A stretch of DNA of 64,000 bases from Promethearchaeota archaeon (GTDB lineage Archaea > Asgardarchaeota > Thorarchaeia > Thorarchaeales > Thorarchaeaceae). Shown here one piece after another: positions 57,687 through 64,000 of this stretch. Position numbers and translations under genes: made by a program. Below the pieces are notes generated by a model. The model ran no database searches. It saw only the letters and a program-made list of their open reading frames with translations, and was not told where the DNA came from. The stretch covers positions 1-64,000 of the forward strand of contig WJMJ01000071.1 in the NCBI GenBank assembly GCA_014728035.1. The letters run 5' to 3'. The number at the start of each line of letters is the position of its first letter. The stretch's first letter is position 1.

Positions 57687-58916
57687 GTGACGATGACTGA
57701 GGAATTAATGACCCGCTTACATGCGTTGTATCTGAGTGAAGAAATATCTGGGTACATATGCTCAAAACTCTCTGATTCATCAGTGAATCCAGGGTGGGTT
57801 GAGAGTGGCCTCATTTTGAAGGGCTTTGAGGGTCTCCTAAAAGATGAATCTATTCAGCAAGAATATGTCATTCCCACTGAACAAAGTATCAATCTTATGA
57901 TAGATCGAGGTATGGACTTGGTAAACAAGACCGGTCTTATTATCGTAGGAAGTCAAGGAATAATCTCAGAAAAACTTGCTATTTTGTTTACCGACGACAA
58001 GAAGAAACCAAATAGAAAACTGGCAATTGCATTTCGCTTGGAAGGATATACTCCTCAGGATATAGGCCGACTTATTTCCAAATATGAATTGGAAATCCCT
58101 CTGATGAGTGAATTTCACGAGCCCAATATTGATTATATTGAACAATTGAAAATAGATGTTGGCAATGGGTATGTAACTGATGCATTTGCTCTATCTATGC
58201 CTCGAGGAAAAATCAATCCTACAAAATGGATTCAAGAGTCTCTGGAAGAAAAATCAGATGATGTTATCTTCAGAACTAATAAATTAGAAATGTCTCCAAT
58301 CTTTGCATTACTTTTCAGTTCATGGATACTAGATTTTAAGGCGTATCAAGAGCTGAAGAAGGGTATTATCGCAGCTGTATTTATGCAAGAATCACATAAC
58401 GAAATGATCATTTGGGACTCTTCTCGGAAATATGCAATATTTGCAGTGATTAATGATATATCTCTGGAAGAAATCACTCATAGATACTTACTTTCATCAT
58501 GGCTTAGCACAAAAGAAAAAATGAAACCTCCCTCAAAAACCAAAGAGGTAGTCTTAGAAACAGAGACAGTAGATACACCAACGCGTCCAATCGTATCAGC
58601 TAAGAGAGATAAAACGAGTACAAAGGAGCATGTGATCCAAGAGAGGATTGATGCGATATCAACAAAGATTGAAAAATTGGAAGCTGCTGAGATGAGTAGA
58701 CGGCTTGGTATTATTGAAAAGAATTTAGAAGAATTGAAAGCATCTGAAGAATCTCATGATGCAATTTCTCTCAGTCCTGATATCACTACCATGATTGATG
58801 TATTTAGAAAGCGAATTGATTCCGTTGTTATGAGATTAGAACGGTTAGTTGAACGTTTGGATGACACTGAAAGAAGACTCGGTTCAAAAATAGGGGGTCA
58901 AATAGATGACAAATAA
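57687..58916 (+). CDS. hypothetical protein with C-terminal coiled coil
   Basis: globular N-part, linker, heptad C-terminus; GGAG SD. Confidence 0.72.
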   Translation: MTMTEELMTRLHALYLSEEISGYICSKLSDSSVNPGWVESGLILKGFEGLLKDESIQQEYVIPTEQSINLMIDRGMDLVNKTGLIIVGSQGIISEKLAILFTDDKKKPNRKLAIAFRLEGYTPQDIGRLISKYELEIPLMSEFHEPNIDYIEQLKIDVGNGYVTDAFALSMPRGKINPTKWIQESLEEKSDDVIFRTNKLEMSPIFALLFSSWILDFKAYQELKKGIIAAVFMQESHNEMIIWDSSRKYAIFAVINDISLEEITHRYLLSSWLSTKEKMKPPSKTKEVVLETETVDTPTRPIVSAKRDKTSTKEHVIQERIDAISTKIEKLEAAEMSRRLGIIEKNLEELKASEESHDAISLSPDITTMIDVFRKRIDSVVMRLERLVERLDDTERRLGSKIGGQIDDK

Positions 58917-59175
58917 TCATAATCGTTTGGAAATATTATTTAGAAGATTGAAAAATCTTCAGTCCATCCTGAGCCGTATTACGAATGCTGAGAACCTTCT
59001 AAATGCATTTATGCAATCAGAATCCGGTGAATCATTGCACTCGGATGATTCAGCTGAAAGAATGAAGGGGATTCTTATTACTTTGGAAGAACTAGATGAA
59101 ATAATATATCGCGCAGAGGTAGAAGTAGATATCATGGAGGATCGGATAACTGCTCTCCAGGAAGTTGAAAGTTAG
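58906..59175 (+). CDS. small helical-hairpin/coiled-coil protein
   Basis: 89 aa, overlaps previous stop, two heptad helices. Confidence 0.65.
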   Translation: MTNNHNRLEILFRRLKNLQSILSRITNAENLLNAFMQSESGESLHSDDSAERMKGILITLEELDEIIYRAEVEVDIMEDRITALQEVES

Positions 59176-61820
59176 ACTGATTTTCTTCTATTCACAAGAT
59201 CATAGACTGAAGAAACCAAATAGCCTGTAAAGCTATGAATTGAAAACTGTCGTATTGGAATTATTGAAGCATTAAGAGTTGTAAAGTAATCTTCTACTTT
59301 ACTTTGGTCAAAATCACTCCCAACTCCAAAATATTCAATATGGTATTGTTGAGTTTTTGATATTGCACGTAAAAAGGGACTTGGGTCGGTATCTCCAATA
59401 TCTAAATCATTGCCAATCATGCATACAAGAGTTGGTCTTTCGTTTCCAATATCTTCCATCATTTCCGCCACCGAACGGAATGCTAATGTGAAGTTATCTT
59501 CTCCTATCGGCTCTTTGTATGCATCGAGAATTGTGTAAATTAAAGCGGTTAGAACTTCTTCAGATTGCATATCATTAGAAAACGTGACGAATTCTTGAAC
59601 TATCTCTCCTCTTTGAATTGAGAATTTATCTACATTATCAGTCACAATACAAAGACCCAGCTTACCTTCACTTTGGTTGTCAATGAAAGCTTCAATTATC
59701 TGTAGAGCTATAAGACATGAAAGTTCCGCTCTAGAGATTTCACTTCCTAATCCTTCTAGAAATGATTTCAATTCTGGTACGAGGTCTACCAATCTATTAA
59801 ATCCGTTCCTAACAGAGTAAACTGTCTTTAATGGAATATCTTTGATATTCATTCCTTCATCTAAAACAATGCAAATTATTACATTGAGGTTATTGGTGGT
59901 CTGTAAAGGAGTAAATTCAATCTCTTGATATGGCACACGACCTAATTGTCCGATATCCAGGGGCGGTTCAGTTTTTTGAAGTGTTAGATATATTGGAGTT
60001 GGTTTGGTTTCAAACCATATCTTGTTTCCTTTTCCGTGAAGCCGGTTCGCTAATACTTCTTTGATTGCTTTCTCATGTAAATGTACGTAGGAAATCATTT
60101 CAGCATCTGATAGATTTCCAGGGGATTCATATGCAAACACTGCCTTTTGGATGTCATATACAAAACCATCGTATTTCACTAAATCAACCCTGGAATCTTT
60201 CTTCAAACGCATCAGGGTTGCATCATCATTTGATATCAGAACTTTCCTACTAGGACAATCTCCTTGGATTCCTACTTTACTTGGCCACCACTGACCAGAA
60301 ACGGTCTCAAGTATTAGTACTAGTTCATCTTCTTTGAGACCTAGGTCATTCAAATCTTTACTGCACAAGAATATGGTTCCATGATTCTGATGGGTTCTTT
60401 CAATTTCAAATTGAAGTGCAGGTAAAACCTCATGAGGGTTCTTTACACCAAGGATATCTAGTAATACTGGATTGAGATTACTCAACTTCGTTGGAGAATC
60501 AAAGAGGACAGCTCTTTGTTTTGCTTGTCCTATTATGGTACTGTAAAATATATCAAAATCTCGTGTTCGCATATCCATTCCTGTTTCTCTGTCCCATCCA
60601 GATATTATAGTAGAACCATCCTTCTCGAGAATCAACGCAAAACTCGATGCTGTTTTAGATGCTGGATCTTTTGCTGTAACAGCAACTTGATCCAGATTTA
60701 TTGTGCCTCCCATATCTCGAAGAGTGTGATCGACCGAAATAATTCCTTGAATTTGTTTAGCAGCTAAAACTTGTGAGATTCTTGATATCTCGGATATGAC
60801 TGACTTTCCTAACTTGGATTGTGCAATAAGACTTGTTCGACTCTCATTATATTGTAAATAGGGTGGTCTCATCGGGAGCAAAGATAGCAAATTTCCAGCA
60901 AGAATTCGTTGTATTTCCTTCGGAGCAGCATCTAAACTTTTGCTTAGAATGAAGCTTAATATTTCTGCAATACCGTCGCCTTTCTTTGTTTCAGGATAGG
61001 AACTAGAAAAGATGATTCTTGATGACCAATCAATCTTAGACTTTTTCTTTAGATGTTTGATGAGCATGTTTAATGAGCCAATAGTCGCTCCTGAAGTTGT
61101 AATTCTAACATGGGGGATATCCAGTAACCTTAGTATGTCCTTTCCCCATATCTTATGATCTCTTATACTCAAAACAAGTTTTGGAAATTTCAGCCCTGCA
61201 TCCTTGATAAAGATAATCCACTTTAATAATTTATCAAGGTCTTGAGGTGTGTTGATAAGTACAAATATTGGCAGCCCTGACCGAATATACTCTAATAGAT
61301 ACGACCTATTTGGTCCTTTGATTACATTATCCAATTCTTTAGCATCAATTCTACATGACCATCCTGGTGGATTCCGAAGCTCAAAACTCATCTCCTGCAT
61401 ATAATAGAATCTTGGACTATATGGTGGTTCCATTGATATTCTGTAGATATATTCCGTATTCGCAATTTGTTGATTTCGTGGTAGTGGAGAGTCTACGATT
61501 TTTAACAATGGATTAATGAAGAATAAGTCTATCAGCCAGTTATGTTCTTCTCTCTTCATTACATTTTTATATAGTTCACTTAGGATAGGTGGTCTTGTAA
61601 GATAACCATAAGCTTTTCTTGGTGTATAACGAAAAGCAGTTGGATACTTGTTTGCAAAATCAAAGAGCTGATTTTCGACTAATTTGAAATACGAAAACAT
61701 CCTCTTAGGAGTAAATTCCCTTTTTTCCTTTCCAATTTTCACATATCCTAATTCAATGTGTGCATCAGCAACAAGGAATCTACGAATTTCGCCTACCTCA
61801 TTATCTTCTACCACAATCAT
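59172..61820 (-). CDS. fusion: inactive amidohydrolase + CDC48-N-like + degenerate vWA
   Basis: VADAHIELG / IIFSSSYP / ILAGNLL; GTIFLCSKDLNDLGLKEDELV..KVLISNDDATLMRLKKDSRV; LNVIICIVLDEGM..RPTLVCMIG..YFGVG. Confidence 0.68.
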   Translation of the reverse strand: MIVVEDNEVGEIRRFLVADAHIELGYVKIGKEKREFTPKRMFSYFKLVENQLFDFANKYPTAFRYTPRKAYGYLTRPPILSELYKNVMKREEHNWLIDLFFINPLLKIVDSPLPRNQQIANTEYIYRISMEPPYSPRFYYMQEMSFELRNPPGWSCRIDAKELDNVIKGPNRSYLLEYIRSGLPIFVLINTPQDLDKLLKWIIFIKDAGLKFPKLVLSIRDHKIWGKDILRLLDIPHVRITTSGATIGSLNMLIKHLKKKSKIDWSSRIIFSSSYPETKKGDGIAEILSFILSKSLDAAPKEIQRILAGNLLSLLPMRPPYLQYNESRTSLIAQSKLGKSVISEISRISQVLAAKQIQGIISVDHTLRDMGGTINLDQVAVTAKDPASKTASSFALILEKDGSTIISGWDRETGMDMRTRDFDIFYSTIIGQAKQRAVLFDSPTKLSNLNPVLLDILGVKNPHEVLPALQFEIERTHQNHGTIFLCSKDLNDLGLKEDELVLILETVSGQWWPSKVGIQGDCPSRKVLISNDDATLMRLKKDSRVDLVKYDGFVYDIQKAVFAYESPGNLSDAEMISYVHLHEKAIKEVLANRLHGKGNKIWFETKPTPIYLTLQKTEPPLDIGQLGRVPYQEIEFTPLQTTNNLNVIICIVLDEGMNIKDIPLKTVYSVRNGFNRLVDLVPELKSFLEGLGSEISRAELSCLIALQIIEAFIDNQSEGKLGLCIVTDNVDKFSIQRGEIVQEFVTFSNDMQSEEVLTALIYTILDAYKEPIGEDNFTLAFRSVAEMMEDIGNERPTLVCMIGNDLDIGDTDPSPFLRAISKTQQYHIEYFGVGSDFDQSKVEDYFTTLNASIIPIRQFSIHSFTGYLVSSVYDLVNRRKSV

Positions 61821-61955
61821 TGAGTTTTCACATCGGATTATATTATTTGATTATGCTCTTGAAACGATATATGCCTACTGGGAAAAGGCGACATATTTTG
61901 TGTTTACACAATACTTTATCATCATTTTGTATCATAGACTCTTGAGGTTAGCTAT

Positions 61956-63446
61956 GTGCTACATATCAGAGCGACTCGTGATATTCCTAGACAAAATATT
62001 AGGAAAGGTGATGAATTTCACCTCTATATAGTTGATTTTCACCATCATATGGGGCGCGAAAAAAGTCATCAAAACACACCGTCTGGAGCATATGAATTCT
62101 ATACCTTACTTTGGTTTGAAATGCAGAAAATTTCTAAAGATATGAGCGAGTCCGATAGTTTTCTTTTCGAGCCTTTAGGGGTGGTGCCTACTCCTATGGT
62201 TTCAGACTTATTTGAAGCAAAAAAGAGTTGGAATCGATTGAATCATGGATGGCTTATTGATAGAAGCGTCGTTTTTCCATATACTGATGACTATTCAATG
62301 AGTGGTTATCCCGACAAACCCTCCTTTCATACCTCAAATGAGAAAATCGCAGGATGGACAACCCGCCCGCCAAATTCAGCTCGTCTTATTGGTTTTTGTA
62401 GGGTGGATCCACTCGATGGATCTAAGATTTCTAAGGAATCAGCTGTAAAAGAGTTAGATTATGCAATTGGAACTTTAGGTCTACGAGGACTAAAATTACA
62501 TCCGTTGGCTCAATTATTTGTTGATGCGATAGAAGATGATTTGACTGCACGCGTAATGAAGCGAGCTGCGGAATGGTGTATTCCTGTAATTTTTGATACT
62601 CGCAACATAAATACTGCAATAAAGATTCAGAACCTTGTTTCTCAGGTACGAGAAGATAATCCTTCGTTATCTAATGATTTGAAGGTCGTATTAGCTCATT
62701 GTGGAATGAATCCAGGAGACTCTCGTCTTTATAGAATTCTTAGAGACCCCGCCATCTATGGTGAAACTTCCAGTCTACATGGGAAGGACATTCCCGTTCT
62801 TTTCGAAATGGCACAAGAGCGTATACGTATCATGGGTGAGAGCTGGTCTAACAAAATCCTATTTGGTACTGATTACAGTTTCTTATCTGTACAAGCAATT
62901 GACCTCATTCTTTTTTTACTCACTCACGAGTTTCCTGGCACTTTAGCTGATGCTCAAAAAATATTAGCAGGTAATGCTCTCACACTGATAAATAGACCAT
63001 TTTTCTCAAAATCCAAAACCATTACAAAATCTCAACAATATTCATTCTCTTATGATAGAGCTGAACCGATCAAGGAGTTTCTGATCAAGCTATTCCTGAA
63101 AAAAGATATTGATTTGGCTTCTTTAGACGTGATGATTCCTCCGTCTTCTACCTGGCCTGATTTGGAGCCATTGCAAAATGGTGGTTATAATGGAATTCAT
63201 TTCGACTCACTTATAGCTTCACTTAGAAAACGTGATGGGTCTAAAGAATTACATCTATGGCTAAGAGAAAATCTTGGATTAGTAAGACTATCCCTGTTAC
63301 AAAGTCATGGTGATAAATCTTTGAAAAAACTAGAATTAACGTCTGATTCTATACCTCAATCTCTTTATGAAGAATTGGAATCAACCAACGTTCAGACCGA
63401 TTCATTTGGTGAGATTCTAAGTCACGTTTCAGAGATATTTTCATAG
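61956..63446 (+). CDS. Amidohydro_2-family metal-dependent hydrolase with C-terminal extension
   Basis: IVDFHHHMG, RLIGFCRVDP, GLRGLKLHP, LAHCG, ILFGTDY, ILAGNA. Confidence 0.88.
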   Translation: MLHIRATRDIPRQNIRKGDEFHLYIVDFHHHMGREKSHQNTPSGAYEFYTLLWFEMQKISKDMSESDSFLFEPLGVVPTPMVSDLFEAKKSWNRLNHGWLIDRSVVFPYTDDYSMSGYPDKPSFHTSNEKIAGWTTRPPNSARLIGFCRVDPLDGSKISKESAVKELDYAIGTLGLRGLKLHPLAQLFVDAIEDDLTARVMKRAAEWCIPVIFDTRNINTAIKIQNLVSQVREDNPSLSNDLKVVLAHCGMNPGDSRLYRILRDPAIYGETSSLHGKDIPVLFEMAQERIRIMGESWSNKILFGTDYSFLSVQAIDLILFLLTHEFPGTLADAQKILAGNALTLINRPFFSKSKTITKSQQYSFSYDRAEPIKEFLIKLFLKKDIDLASLDVMIPPSSTWPDLEPLQNGGYNGIHFDSLIASLRKRDGSKELHLWLRENLGLVRLSLLQSHGDKSLKKLELTSDSIPQSLYEELESTNVQTDSFGEILSHVSEIFS

Positions 63447-63509
63447 TCCACCTCAGATTTTATAACACAAATTAGAGATAGCATATCATCAGATAAGGAG
63501 GCTACTACG

Positions 63510-64000
63510 ATTACAAAATCAGTGAAATTGGAAATCATTGATGGTGGAGACCTTAGAGGTTACGCCAATTTGCATCCCGCTACAGCAAAAAGATTGAATT
63601 CAGATATTGGGTCGATTGTTATTTTTGAAGACCCCCATAGCAGTTTTTGGGGCGCAGCGGAGATTCGGAAAAGCAAGGATATTGATGAGAACCAGATAGT
63701 AGTAGACTCGCTAGTACTTGAGGCATCACTTCTTATGGAAGGTGATGAGGTAGAAGTAGTTCTTTATGATGAAGATATGATTGCTTTAGAGTATGTTGAA
63801 TTTGGATTAAAACCCCTCACAGAAGATGCGAATACTGATGATTTGGTTAGTAGAGCAGCTGAATCATTTGATACTCTTGAAAAATTAATTGGGGGTCGGT
63901 TGGTATATCCTGGTATGTCCTTTAATTGGCCAGAGTTGGATGTTAAAGTTGAAATCTTGACAACACGACCTTCTCTTTCAGGAAAAAGTTTTGCGAAGCT
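63510..64000 (+). CDS. partial ORF, CDC48/NSF N-domain-like protein (runs off window; absent from ORF track)
   Basis: hand translation ITKSVKLEIIDGGDLRGYANLHPATAKRLNSDIGSIVIFEDPHSSFWGAAEIRKSKDIDENQIVVDSLVLEASLLMEGDEVEV...LIGGRLVYPGMSFNWPELDVKVEILTTRP; GGAGG at 63497; start ATT 63510 or GTG 63522. Confidence 0.8.
   Translation, partial: MTKSVKLEIIDGGDLRGYANLHPATAKRLNSDIGSIVIFEDPHSSFWGAAEIRKSKDIDENQIVVDSLVLEASLLMEGDEVEVVLYDEDMIALEYVEFGLKPLTEDANTDDLVSRAAESFDTLEKLIGGRLVYPGMSFNWPELDVKVEILTTRPSLSGKSFAK

Noticed and set aside
1-64000. tRNA, rRNA, CRISPR arrays, integrases or transposases
   Set aside because: Intergenic gaps are short and AT-rich with no cloverleaf, rRNA-like or regularly spaced repeat pattern seen by eye; no mobile-element ORFs.

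Overview
Gene-dense chromosomal window from an archaeon. The mix of archaeal housekeeping genes (fused AcdAB, PAC2, PDCD5, SCP-x thiolase with DUF35) and eukaryote-signature-like domains (longin, Rab-like, V4R) points to an Asgard archaeon, probably Thorarchaeia (inference). I found no rRNA, tRNA, CRISPR array or mobile element. Main blocks: (1) 0.3-8 kb: a giant TrmB-family protein with ~1,100 aa of 22-residue helical repeats, a MIP18/CIA2-like Fe-S protein, a degenerate Rab-like protein and an acidic poly-Pro protein. (2) 12.4-14.7 kb: a CdrS-like RHH gene followed by two Cys-rich paralogs. (3) 15-40 kb: a lipid catabolism region with beta-oxidation genes, SCP2, an FGGY kinase, GlpABC, an alkyl-DHAP-synthase-like FAD enzyme, a radical SAM protein and an ALDH. 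(4) 40-55 kb: housekeeping genes interspersed with an alpha-SNAP-like protein, a longin-wHTH protein and an E2F/DP-like transcription factor carrying the RRxYD motif. (5) 55-64 kb: an apparently uncharacterised locus of vWA proteins, three CDC48/NSF N-domain-like proteins and an active/inactive amidohydrolase pair, which continues past the window end. All family calls are motif recognition by eye; no searches were run.
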